Source: Thiotrichaceae bacterium
GTDB taxonomy: Bacteria; Pseudomonadota; Gammaproteobacteria; UBA5859
Assembly: GCA_041940025.1 (NCBI GenBank)
Contig: JBGTSY010000002.1
Span: 129,396 to 193,395 of the forward strand
DNA: 64,000 bases
Reading direction: 5' to 3'
A program made the translations under genes and the position numbers. Positions 18,948 to 28,379 of this stretch are shown here, one piece after another. Positions within the stretch are counted from its first letter, which is position 1; each line of letters starts with the position of its first letter. The notes below the pieces were generated by a model, which was given only the letters and a program-made list of their open reading frames with translations, did not search any database and had not been told where the DNA came from.

Positions 18948-20042
18948 ATGAAATCACAACAGTTTGACGTCATTGTCATTGGCGCAGGAATCGCTGGGCT
19001 GATGACTGCCCGTGAGTTCCTCCAACAGGGGCAGCAGGTCCTGGTTCTGGAGAAAGGTGTGGCAGGCCGCGAAAGTTCTTGGGCGGGTGGTGGCATTTTA
19101 TCTCCCCTCTATGCATGGAATACACCTGCTGCGATTTATGATCTGGCATTGTTAGGACATCAACTCTATCCGCAAATTTGTGACGAGCTGAAGCGACAAA
19201 CAGGTTTTGACAGTGGATATCAGGCAAGCGGCTTGTTAGTACTGAATCAAACATTGGATAGCAGGGTTCAGGAATACATCAGGCAGACGCAACTCACGGT
19301 GACAGAGTCAATTGCAGAGAAGGTTTGTGCCAATCTGTCGCCGACACTTGGTTCTCTTCCGGCTCTTTTGTTTCCCCATGTGGCGGCTATCAGACCGCCT
19401 CGTTTATTAAAAGCATTGATCGCACAGTTGACTGATCTCGGTGGTGAGCTTGTTGAAGGGGCGGCAGTGGATAATATTGAGATTGCGGATTCGAGCGTTC
19501 AGGGAGTTCATACTAATGGGGAATTTTATGCAGCCAATAGAGTGGTGATTTGTGCCGGTGCGTGGAGCCGCGAACTCTGTGCGCAATACCAATTTCCCCC
19601 AGATATCCGTCCGGTGAAGGGACAAATGGTGTTGGTGAAACTGGACACATCGCCACTGTCCCACATTCTATTGGCAGAGGGCCGGTATATCATTCCACGA
19701 GGTGGCGGTGAATACCTGATTGGTAGCACGGTGGAAAATGTTGCATTTGATAAATCGATTAGCAGTGATGTGGCCGAATCTCTGGTAGATTTTGCCTCAG
19801 GCGTCTGCGAAGATTTTTCTGCTGTCTCAATTGTCAAGCAATGGGCAGGCTTGCGTCCCGGAAGTCCGGAAGGCGTGCCTTACATCGCGTGTCATCCACA
19901 GGTGGAAGGATTATTTATCAATGCAGGACATTATCGCAATGGTGTGGTAATGGCGCCCGCGGCGGCGAAACTAGTAGTGGATTTGGCTCGAAGGCAAATG
20001 CCGATACTGGATCCGATACCTTATCGATGGTGCAGAGATTAG
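18948..20042 (+). CDS. FAD-dependent oxidoreductase, glycine oxidase ThiO / DadA-like
   Basis: N-terminal Rossmann DVIVIGAGIAGL…, RPVKGQMVLV motif typical of ThiO-type glycine/D-amino-acid oxidases. Confidence 0.5.
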   Translation: MKSQQFDVIVIGAGIAGLMTAREFLQQGQQVLVLEKGVAGRESSWAGGGILSPLYAWNTPAAIYDLALLGHQLYPQICDELKRQTGFDSGYQASGLLVLNQTLDSRVQEYIRQTQLTVTESIAEKVCANLSPTLGSLPALLFPHVAAIRPPRLLKALIAQLTDLGGELVEGAAVDNIEIADSSVQGVHTNGEFYAANRVVICAGAWSRELCAQYQFPPDIRPVKGQMVLVKLDTSPLSHILLAEGRYIIPRGGGEYLIGSTVENVAFDKSISSDVAESLVDFASGVCEDFSAVSIVKQWAGLRPGSPEGVPYIACHPQVEGLFINAGHYRNGVVMAPAAAKLVVDLARRQMPILDPIPYRWCRD

Positions 20043-21391
20043 GATGATTCGAGCCCCAGTTTTTTCATGCGGTAGCGCAATGAGCGCAGGGTCAGTCCCA
20101 ATTCTTTTGCCGCAGCAGTGCGGTTCCATTTTGTCTCATTCAAGGCAAGCTCAAGGATTTCTTTTTCGATAGTAGCGAGATGGTGTTCTAAGTTGAAGTT
20201 GTCTCCTAGCTCGGGAGAGATCTCTGTTGGTGGGGCAGAAATCTTCTCTGCTGTTGGTGCAGAAAGTAAACCCAAATCTTCGATGCGAATGGTTTCTTGT
20301 TCACATAAAGTCAAAGCTCGCTCTAGTATATTTTCTAGTTCACGCACATTCCCAGGAAACTCGTAAGTCGTCAGCGCCGCTAAGGCATCTGCGTCTATGG
20401 TTACATGTGAATTTTGATGGTGTTGTTTCAGATAATTCTCTACCAGCAATGGAATGTCTTCTGGTCGATCACTTAACTTTGGAACGGGTAATTCAATCAC
20501 ATTGATACGGTAATAGAGATCTTGTCTAAATTCCCCCTTATCTACCAGAACACTAAGTGGTTTGTGAGTGGCGCATAATATTCTCACGTCAATGGTCTCT
20601 TCCTGATGGGAACCCACAGCCCGAACAGATTTTTCCTGAATGGCACGTAATAATTTCACCTGCATCTGCATGGGTAGATCCGCTATTTCATCTAAAAACA
20701 GCGTCCCGCCTTGTGCGGCACTAAAGAGACCTTTTTTATTTTGAGTGGCGCCGGTAAAACTGCCCTTGAGGTGTCCAAAGAATTCACTCTCCATTAATTC
20801 ACTGGGAATGGCACCACAGTTAACAGGGACAAAAGGTTGTGCCTGCCGTGAACTGGAGTCATGGATGAGCCGCGCGACTCGCTCTTTGCCGACGCCGGAA
20901 GGGCCACTGATATAGACAGGTGCTTGACCGCGTGCCACTTTTTGAATCATCTCTCGTACTTTAACAATTGCCTGTGACTCACCGATCAGATCCGTATCTA
21001 CCTGCAATTGCGCGCTGGGGTGGTGCACTAACCGTAAGGCGTGCGTAATCAGATTTCTTAATACCACGATATCAACAGGCTTCGAGACAAAATCAAATGC
21101 GCCTGACTTTAATGCGGTGACGGCAGATTCAGTATTGCCATGGGCCGTGATGACGGCTACCGGTGTGTGTGATGAAATCTTTTGCAGATATTGCACCAGT
21201 TCAATTCCATTGCCGTCTGGTAACCGCATGTCAGTCAAGCAGAGATCAAATTGTTTCCGGTCACATATCGCTTTAGCTTCACTCACAGATTCTGCGGTGG
21301 TGGTGAGAATATCCATCTGCTCCAAGGTAATAGACAACAGCTCGGTGATGTCTGTTTCATCGTCTACTACTAACGCATGGGCTTTCCTCAT
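20039..21391 (-). CDS. pilR: sigma-54-dependent response regulator, PilR/NtrC family
   Basis: receiver domain (LVVDDE…DMRLPDGNG), AAA+ sigma54-interaction (GPSGVGKE, GAFTGA-like FTGATQNKKGLF), C-terminal Fis-type HTH; adjacent to PilS-like kinase and pilin genes. Confidence 0.8.
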   Translation of the reverse strand: MRKAHALVVDDETDITELLSITLEQMDILTTTAESVSEAKAICDRKQFDLCLTDMRLPDGNGIELVQYLQKISSHTPVAVITAHGNTESAVTALKSGAFDFVSKPVDIVVLRNLITHALRLVHHPSAQLQVDTDLIGESQAIVKVREMIQKVARGQAPVYISGPSGVGKERVARLIHDSSSRQAQPFVPVNCGAIPSELMESEFFGHLKGSFTGATQNKKGLFSAAQGGTLFLDEIADLPMQMQVKLLRAIQEKSVRAVGSHQEETIDVRILCATHKPLSVLVDKGEFRQDLYYRINVIELPVPKLSDRPEDIPLLVENYLKQHHQNSHVTIDADALAALTTYEFPGNVRELENILERALTLCEQETIRIEDLGLLSAPTAEKISAPPTEISPELGDNFNLEHHLATIEKEILELALNETKWNRTAAAKELGLTLRSLRYRMKKLGLESS

Positions 21392-23049
21392 GAGTGTTCT
21401 CTATTGTTGACAGGTGCTTTAAAATAGATGCGAAAGCAGCTCCCTTTTTGTGGTAGAGAGAGATACTCCACCTGGGCCTGATTTGCTTCACAAAGTTGTT
21501 GCACCATGTATAAGCCTAACCCCATGCCTTGATGTTTTGTGGTGTAGAAGGGCTCAAAAATGCGTTCCTGAATTTCTTCATCGATACCAGGCCCATTGTC
21601 TATGATGTCTAATATGGGCGCGTTGAATTCCGTACCGATCCCACCGAGCAATTTTAGCTGGACTCCGTTGTTTTGTCCGTTGGTTTTCGAGTGGTGTATG
21701 GCGTTGTTAAATAGGTTGGCGAGCACTTGATGCAGTTGTACGACATCAAATTGAACCTGAGTATTCCGCGGTTTAATATTTAATTCTATGTGCAGATCCT
21801 CATTAGCATGTCTTTGTCTTAGTTCGTTAAGTGCATTTTCCAAAAAATTATAGAGATCAATTGACTCTGTTTTAACATGGTCCCTATTAGACAGATTCAT
21901 CACATTTTCGATGATTTGGTTGACTCGCTTGCTGTGCCTGATGATGATGTCTATCAACTTTGACTGCCGGTTATCTGTTGTTTCTTGTTCCCATAACAAT
22001 TGGGCCGCATGAGAGATCGCACCCAGGGGGTTTCGAATTTCATGGGCGATACCTGCTGTCAACCCACCCAGAGAGGCCAACTTCATCTTTTGCGCCTGTT
22101 GTTTTAAACGAGAGCTGTCTTCCAGTAATATTAATACAGGCTCTGTTTTGGGATCACCGAGAGGGGAAAACCGGGGAGTCACCGTTTGGCCTCCAGGTGT
22201 AATAGTGAGATCTTCCGAGGGGAGTTCAGGATGACGACGCCACGCACTGTAGTTTTTGTAGAGGGCTTGACTAAGCTGCTCTAAATTGTGTGCGTCGAAT
22301 TGCTGCGGATAGCCCAATAGGTGCCATGCCACTTCATTCATTAATTTAATTTGACCATCTGGTTGAGTGACCACGATACCCGAACTGAATCTTTGCACTA
22401 TGTGAGAATTTAGCTGTTGCATTTCAGCGATGAATTCACTTTGCTCCCGCGCGACTGTTTCGCTCACTCTGAGACGATTCGATAATCTCCGGACTAGAAA
22501 GGCGCAGACGAAAAAAGCGATGCCCATCAATCCTGCCTGGGTGTATTGCGCACCCTGTTGGTCGGGATGCAACTGAAGTAAGATGATCAAACCCAATAAG
22601 CAAATGGTTGCCAGCGCCGCGAAAGGGAAGGCGAGTTCGTTTAGTAGAATACTGCCACTTGCCACGGCCACTAAGATTAGTAACCCCAATCCGCTGGTTA
22701 GTCCTGCACTGGCGTAAATCATCAGGCTTAACGCTACAATATCTCCAGCGACGCCGAAAGCCACCTGATAGAAATAGCTCGGTTGACGGCGGAGAACGGC
22801 GATGATGCCAAAACAACAGGCCAGCAGATGAACCAGCAGTATGGTGTGGAACAGCTGTGCATCTAGCGCTCCCAGAGGGGCACGCGCGGAAGTGAAATTG
22901 AACAGAATCAGTATCAAGCTGGTGAGAAACAGGCGGTAAAATGAGTAGACCTTAAGTGGCCCCCACTGCCATTCTTGCTGTTTGTCACCTTTTCTGTGGC
23001 TTGGATCATGCAAGCCCAACACTACGAGATTGTTAGAATCCACCACCAT
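21388..23049 (-). CDS. pilS: sensor histidine kinase PilS-like (multi-TM N-terminus + HisKA + HATPase)
   Basis: 6 predicted TM helices, H-box IAHEIRNPLGAI, N/G boxes; overlaps pilR start by 4 nt. Confidence 0.75.
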   Translation of the reverse strand: MVVDSNNLVVLGLHDPSHRKGDKQQEWQWGPLKVYSFYRLFLTSLILILFNFTSARAPLGALDAQLFHTILLVHLLACCFGIIAVLRRQPSYFYQVAFGVAGDIVALSLMIYASAGLTSGLGLLILVAVASGSILLNELAFPFAALATICLLGLIILLQLHPDQQGAQYTQAGLMGIAFFVCAFLVRRLSNRLRVSETVAREQSEFIAEMQQLNSHIVQRFSSGIVVTQPDGQIKLMNEVAWHLLGYPQQFDAHNLEQLSQALYKNYSAWRRHPELPSEDLTITPGGQTVTPRFSPLGDPKTEPVLILLEDSSRLKQQAQKMKLASLGGLTAGIAHEIRNPLGAISHAAQLLWEQETTDNRQSKLIDIIIRHSKRVNQIIENVMNLSNRDHVKTESIDLYNFLENALNELRQRHANEDLHIELNIKPRNTQVQFDVVQLHQVLANLFNNAIHHSKTNGQNNGVQLKLLGGIGTEFNAPILDIIDNGPGIDEEIQERIFEPFYTTKHQGMGLGLYMVQQLCEANQAQVEYLSLPQKGSCFRIYFKAPVNNREHS

Positions 23050-23156
23050 TTGACGTTAACCGATTCATTTGATTCAGATCGCAATGAGTATTCGTAACCA
23101 ATTTATTAGTTGCGTATGATTGCGTTTTTTCAGGTCCTAATGCATATTTCGGCAGA

Positions 23157-24827
23157 TTGGCGCAGTGGCATAGCTTTTCTAAGGATATAGATATCGTGAA
23201 TGAAATTGAGATCGTAATTGCTCAGTGCAATTTGCTGGTGGGGGACGTGCCTGGCAACCTATCGCACATGAACCAAATAATAGAAAAGATAAGGGATAAC
23301 AGACGCCCACAAATAGTCGTCTTTCCGGAGTTGGCGCTCTGTGGATATCCTCCGGAAGATCTTATTATGCGCCAGGACTTTCTCCAGCAGGTGGCCAGCG
23401 CCTTAGAGAAATTAGCCAAGCGCCATAGCGATCTGGTGCTGATAGTGGGGTATGTGGAAGGCTCGGGCGATCACAGATATAACAGTGCCGCAGTGCTTTA
23501 TGGTGGAAAAATAATTGCCAATTATCGGAAGCAGCAGTTACCCAACTATCGACTATTCGATGAGAAACGCTATTTTACCGCCGGGCAGGGGGCCGTGGTT
23601 TTTGAATTTCAGAAGCTGCACTTTGCACTCACCATTTGCGAGGACATTTGGTCACCTCAGCCGGTGCAGGAGGCTAAAACAGCTGGTGCGGATTTGATTC
23701 TCTGCCTCAATGCATCGCCATTTCATGCTGAGAAAAGTCTCTTGCGAGAGTCAGAGCTTAAAAAACGTGTGGCGGAAACTGGATTGCCGATTGTGTATTG
23801 CAACTTGGTGGGTGCGCAGGATGAGTTCGTTTTCGACGGAGCCAGTTTTGCTGTTGACACTGGGGGCGTGGTGGTGGCTCGGGCACCCCTATGCAAAGAA
23901 GTAGAGTTGACACTTCTTTTCAGTCAGCAGAAAAAGTTGTCGGTGGAAAGCGGAACCATTGCAGCTTGGCCAGCTCGATTGGAGTCCATCTATAGCGTCT
24001 TGGTGCTTGCGGTGCGGGACTATGTAGTGAAAAACGGTTTCCCTGGGGTAGTCGTCGGTTTATCTGGGGGCATCGATTCCGCGTTGACCCTGGCTATTGC
24101 CGTCGATGCCTTAGGAGCGGAAAAAGTCACGGCTGTCTCCATGCCGTCCAGGTACACGGCTGATATGAGTGTGGAAGATGCACGACTGGAGGCGGAGAGT
24201 TTAGGCGTTCGATTCGAAGTCATTGCCATTGAAAACATATATAAAAGCTACCTTGAGTCTTTGCAGTCATTGTTTGCGGGTATGCCCGTGGACACGACTG
24301 AACAGAACTTGCAGGCCAGATGTCGAGGTAACTTGTTGATGGCGATTGCAAATAAACAGGGCACCATGGTGTTGACCACCAGCAACAAAAGTGAAACGGC
24401 GGTGGGTTATGCAACCTTATATGGTGATATGGCTGGTGGCTACGCAGTACTGAAGGATGTGCCCAAACAGCTGGTGTACGAACTCAGTCACTATCGAAAT
24501 CAAGTGAGTCAGGTGATCCCAAATAGAGTATTAGAACGGCCGCCCACTGCCGAATTAGCGCCGGATCAGAAAGATGCGGATACGCTACCTGAATATAATG
24601 TATTGGATGATATTGTTGCCCGATATGTTGAAGGGGACGAATCTTTCGATGACATAGTGGCCGCCGGTTATCGGCCAGATGAAGTGGAGCGCATATTGCG
24701 GCTGATTAATCGTAATGAATACAAACGATACCAGGCTCCTCCGGGACCCCGTATCAGCCGACGGGCTTTTGGTCGGGATCGTCGTTTCCCGTTAACTTCG
24801 GGATTTTCAAGCCGAGCTAAGATTTAA
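23157..24827 (+). CDS. nadE: glutamine-dependent NAD+ synthetase (nitrilase + NAD synthase domains)
   Basis: 556 aa; CN-hydrolase N-domain, P-loop SGGIDSALTLAIAVDALG of NAD synthetase. Confidence 0.85.
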   Translation: MAQWHSFSKDIDIVNEIEIVIAQCNLLVGDVPGNLSHMNQIIEKIRDNRRPQIVVFPELALCGYPPEDLIMRQDFLQQVASALEKLAKRHSDLVLIVGYVEGSGDHRYNSAAVLYGGKIIANYRKQQLPNYRLFDEKRYFTAGQGAVVFEFQKLHFALTICEDIWSPQPVQEAKTAGADLILCLNASPFHAEKSLLRESELKKRVAETGLPIVYCNLVGAQDEFVFDGASFAVDTGGVVVARAPLCKEVELTLLFSQQKKLSVESGTIAAWPARLESIYSVLVLAVRDYVVKNGFPGVVVGLSGGIDSALTLAIAVDALGAEKVTAVSMPSRYTADMSVEDARLEAESLGVRFEVIAIENIYKSYLESLQSLFAGMPVDTTEQNLQARCRGNLLMAIANKQGTMVLTTSNKSETAVGYATLYGDMAGGYAVLKDVPKQLVYELSHYRNQVSQVIPNRVLERPPTAELAPDQKDADTLPEYNVLDDIVARYVEGDESFDDIVAAGYRPDEVERILRLINRNEYKRYQAPPGPRISRRAFGRDRRFPLTSGFSSRAKI

Positions 24828-25668
24828 GGCGCGGTGCCTTGGTCAGCACATTCGATCCCAGGCCCAGAGTGATGGATGAGCCCTCTGGCAACTGATATTT
24901 TTTTTGTAGTTCCCTAATTTCTGGCCTATCGGGATGGTTAAGTAGCAAAACTCGGTAGGCATCGAAGGCCAAATCCGAGCGGTCAATAGCCATATAGGAT
25001 TCAATCATTATGGCTAAAGCGTCTGGTACGGCACTGGTACCTGGGAAATTGTGTAACACATAATCGGCACGATTGATAGCAGCAATATAAGCGCCTCGTT
25101 TATGATAATAACGGGCTGCGTGAATTTCATTTTTAGATAGATTGTCACGCAAGTAGATCATGCGCTTACGTGCGTCAGGTGCGTATCGACTGTTGGGAAA
25201 GCGCTGTACAAGCATAGAAAAATCTTGGAATGACTGGTTCGCTGCGCCCGCATCTCGTTCCGATGGATCAACAGGCAAATAGCGACTAATAGAGGTAATA
25301 CCCTGATCGAAGTTGGCTAAGCCTCGCATATAGTAGGCATAATCCACATGGGAGTGGCGCGGGTGCAATTTAATGAATCTATTGGCTGCGGCGATGGTGG
25401 AAAGTGGATCATCGAACTTATAATAGGCATAGATAAGATCCAATCCGGCTTGTTGGGCGTAAGGTCCAAATGGGTATTTGGCCTCTAAAAGTTCATATTG
25501 TTCAACCGCAGTACCGAAATTACCTGAGTCCAAGGCAGTTCGGGCTTTAGAAAAATAATCTTCGACCGGTAGTTCTGGTTCCTCTTTATCTTTACCGGCG
25601 CACCCTGTCAGTAAAATAGTGACAAATAACAGAAGAGAATAAAGTTGTGGCAAAAATTTATCATTCAT
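24817..25668 (-). CDS. bamD: outer membrane protein assembly factor BamD (YfiO)
   Basis: lipobox LLTGC, TPR repeats, …YAYYMRGLANF…; divergent from rluD as in E. coli. Confidence 0.85.
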   Translation of the reverse strand: MNDKFLPQLYSLLLFVTILLTGCAGKDKEEPELPVEDYFSKARTALDSGNFGTAVEQYELLEAKYPFGPYAQQAGLDLIYAYYKFDDPLSTIAAANRFIKLHPRHSHVDYAYYMRGLANFDQGITSISRYLPVDPSERDAGAANQSFQDFSMLVQRFPNSRYAPDARKRMIYLRDNLSKNEIHAARYYHKRGAYIAAINRADYVLHNFPGTSAVPDALAIMIESYMAIDRSDLAFDAYRVLLLNHPDRPEIRELQKKYQLPEGSSITLGLGSNVLTKAPRLKS

Positions 25669-25731
25669 CCACTAAGGGTACTGAATTTTTAATTTAATTC
25701 AACGAGAAATTGCATCACAATCGATCACAAG

Positions 25732-26694
25732 ATGAAACAGTCTATCGAACAAAATGTAGAGATCCCGATGGAGATGTCAGGTCAACGGCTCGATGTGGTA
25801 TTAGCGCGGCTGCTTCCCCAGTACTCCCGCGCTCGACTACAACAGTGGGTCAGGTTATCGCAGGTCACCGTCAATGGGATTCCGGCATCAAACAAATCGA
25901 AGGTTCAGGGCGGTGAACAGGTAGAGATCCGGGCCACGTTACAGAACGAGATACCGTGGCGGGGACGTGATATCAGTTTTGATCTTATCTACGAAGATGA
26001 AGACATATTGGTAGTCAATAAAGAGCCGGGACAAGTGGTACATCCTGCGGCAGGACACCATGAGGATACCTTAGTTAATGCTTTGTTGAATTCATATCCC
26101 CAACTATCCAAAGTGCCCCGAGCCGGTATTGTCCATCGCTTGGATAAGGATACTTCAGGATTGTTGGTGGTGGCGAAGCATCTACAGTCACACACTTCAT
26201 TGGTGGAACAGTTGCAGGCCAGATCGGTTCATCGCGAGTATTACGCTTTAGTCAATGGGGTATTGGTAGCGGGGGGAACTGTGGATGCACCCATTGGTCG
26301 CCATCCCAAACAGCGTAAAAAAATGGCGGTGCACATGAGCGGAAAAGAGTCCATCACCCATTACAGAATCGCACAAAGATTTCGCATTCACACCTTGCTG
26401 AAGGTGAAGCTAGAGACGGGAAGAACCCATCAGATCAGAGTGCACTTAGCACATGTGCGTTTTCCACTTGTGGGAGATCCTGTATATGGTCAGCGCCTAG
26501 TGTTACCCCCTCAAGCCAGTGACGATCTGGTGCATCAACTCAGGGAGTTCAAACGTCAGGCCTTACACGCATTTCATTTACAGTTAAGACACCCTGTCTC
26601 CTCTAAGCCCATGAGGTGGGAGATACCCATGGCGGTGGATATGCAAAGTTTACTGAAAGCGCTGGATAGCGATAATCAGAGAAACATGGAATGA
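25732..26694 (+). CDS. rluD: 23S rRNA pseudouridine synthase RluD
   Basis: S4 domain then catalytic HRLDKDTSGLLVVAK motif. Confidence 0.9.
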   Translation: MKQSIEQNVEIPMEMSGQRLDVVLARLLPQYSRARLQQWVRLSQVTVNGIPASNKSKVQGGEQVEIRATLQNEIPWRGRDISFDLIYEDEDILVVNKEPGQVVHPAAGHHEDTLVNALLNSYPQLSKVPRAGIVHRLDKDTSGLLVVAKHLQSHTSLVEQLQARSVHREYYALVNGVLVAGGTVDAPIGRHPKQRKKMAVHMSGKESITHYRIAQRFRIHTLLKVKLETGRTHQIRVHLAHVRFPLVGDPVYGQRLVLPPQASDDLVHQLREFKRQALHAFHLQLRHPVSSKPMRWEIPMAVDMQSLLKALDSDNQRNME

Positions 26695-27410
26695 AGCTGA
26701 TCCTACCCGATTGGCCCGCATCACCAAGGGTACATGCGTTGAGTAGTTGTCGTATAGGCGGTCACTCCCAACCACCCTATAGCAGTTTGAATTTGAGTGA
26801 TGCAGTGGGTGACGATGCCGTTTCAGTGCGTATCAACCGGGAACAGCTAGCGAAATACAGCGGCATGCCGCAAATGCCGCGATGGCTGAATCAGGTTCAT
26901 GGCACCACTGTCGTGGCTGCGGATTCGTTGCTGCAAGAAGCAGACGGGAGCATTGCCGCCACTCGAGGTCAAGTATGCGCTGTGTTAACAGCAGATTGTT
27001 TGCCCGTGCTGTTCTGTGATCAGTCGGCGACTCGGGTCGCCGCCGTACACGCAGGTTGGCGCGGGCTAGCGGGTGGAATTTTGTCAGCCGCGGTTAGGCT
27101 TCTTAGGGTTAGGCCTGCTTCCCTATTGGCTTGGTTCGGACCCGCAATCGGTCCGCAGGCATTTGAAGTGGGCGCGGAAGTTTACCAAAAATTTCTCGCA
27201 GTACATCAGGACTATGGCGCAGCCTTTCAGGGTCAGGGGGAGAAATATTTGGCGAATATCTACCAGATTGCGCGCATACAGTTGGCCCAGGCAGGCGTGG
27301 AACAGGTGTATGGTGGAGATTATTGTACGTATCAACAACAGACCCTCTTCTACTCCTATCGAAGAGACACTCAAACTGGACGCATGGGTAGCTTTATCTG
27401 GTTAGATTGA
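26691..27410 (+). CDS. yfiH: YfiH/PgeF family (laccase-domain / purine nucleoside phosphorylase) protein
   Basis: 239 aa, …NQVHGTTVV…, …ADCLPVLF…HAGWRG… conserved YfiH Cys/His motifs; follows rluD. Confidence 0.8.
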   Translation: MKLILPDWPASPRVHALSSCRIGGHSQPPYSSLNLSDAVGDDAVSVRINREQLAKYSGMPQMPRWLNQVHGTTVVAADSLLQEADGSIAATRGQVCAVLTADCLPVLFCDQSATRVAAVHAGWRGLAGGILSAAVRLLRVRPASLLAWFGPAIGPQAFEVGAEVYQKFLAVHQDYGAAFQGQGEKYLANIYQIARIQLAQAGVEQVYGGDYCTYQQQTLFYSYRRDTQTGRMGSFIWLD

Positions 27411-27475
27411 TTCGGTTGTTTTAACGAGTAGAATGAACAACCTTTGCGCATTCGCCGCGACTAAGGATTTTTTAA

Positions 27476-28258
27476 GTGTTGTTATTTTGGATTGTTTTAT
27501 TTTCTCTATTTGGTGGCGTTTTGAGTGTCACTGCGGCCGGCGGTTATTTGCTTTTTTCGGCAGAAGTGCGCAATAAAACCATTGAACATTTAATCAGCTA
27601 TGCCGTTGGCGCACTACTTGGTGTGAGTTTTATCGCTCTCTTACCCCATGCATTTGATTCCAGCCACACTGAAGTGAGTTCACTGCACATTTCGGTGACT
27701 GTGTTAGCGGGCATTTTTATTTTTTTTATTCTGGAAAAGATGGTGTTATGGCGCCACCACCACCATCATCATGGTGATGGTGAGGACGAACAGTTGGCGC
27801 GACATCGGCAGAAGAGTTCTGGCGTCCTCATTCTTTTGGGTGACAGCATCCACAATGGTGTAGACGGCATTTTAATCGCTGCCGCGTTTTTAACAGATTT
27901 TGATCTGGGCGTATTGACCGCCCTAGCGGTGGCCACTCATGAAATCCCACAAGAATTAGGTGATTTTGCAATTCTGTTAGCAGGTGGAATGAACCGCTCA
28001 AAAGCGTTAGTACTCAATCTGCTGGTGAGTTTAACCACAGTAGTGGGCGCAGTGGTGGGGTATTTCGCCTTAGAAATGAGCCACTCTTTATTACCCTATT
28101 TATTAGCCTTGGCCGCAGCCAGTTTTATCTATATAGCTGTGGCGGACTTATTGCCTAATCTTAACCGCAAAATAAAAATTGTGGACACTCTGTCTCAATT
28201 GGGGCTGATGGGATCAGGCGTGGCCACTATTTGGTTGCTTGAGCATTCGCTTCATTAG
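27476..28258 (+). CDS. ZIP-family zinc/divalent metal transporter (ZupT-like) with cytoplasmic His-rich loop
   Basis: 8 TM; HHHHHHGDGEDE loop; HNGVDGILIAAAF and HEIPQELGDFAIL ZIP signature helices. Confidence 0.75.
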   Translation: MLLFWIVLFSLFGGVLSVTAAGGYLLFSAEVRNKTIEHLISYAVGALLGVSFIALLPHAFDSSHTEVSSLHISVTVLAGIFIFFILEKMVLWRHHHHHHGDGEDEQLARHRQKSSGVLILLGDSIHNGVDGILIAAAFLTDFDLGVLTALAVATHEIPQELGDFAILLAGGMNRSKALVLNLLVSLTTVVGAVVGYFALEMSHSLLPYLLALAAASFIYIAVADLLPNLNRKIKIVDTLSQLGLMGSGVATIWLLEHSLH

Positions 28259-28301
28259 CAGGTGGAGTGCCTGGTGTAAGCGCAAGATTTGAGCTAGATC
28301 A

Positions 28302-28329
28302 CTTGAAGAATAGCAGTTCACCGCCATAT
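28302..28329 (+). promoter_or_regulatory. candidate sigma-32 (RpoH) heat-shock promoter of clpB
   Basis: CTTGAAG (28302-28308) - 13 nt - CGCCATAT (28322-28329) vs consensus CTTGAAA-N13/14-CCCCATNT; 50 nt upstream of clpB ATG. Confidence 0.45.
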
Positions 28330-28379
28330 TCAACAAATGTTGGATCTAGTCTAACTAATTTGCGCAGCAGGGGAACAGG

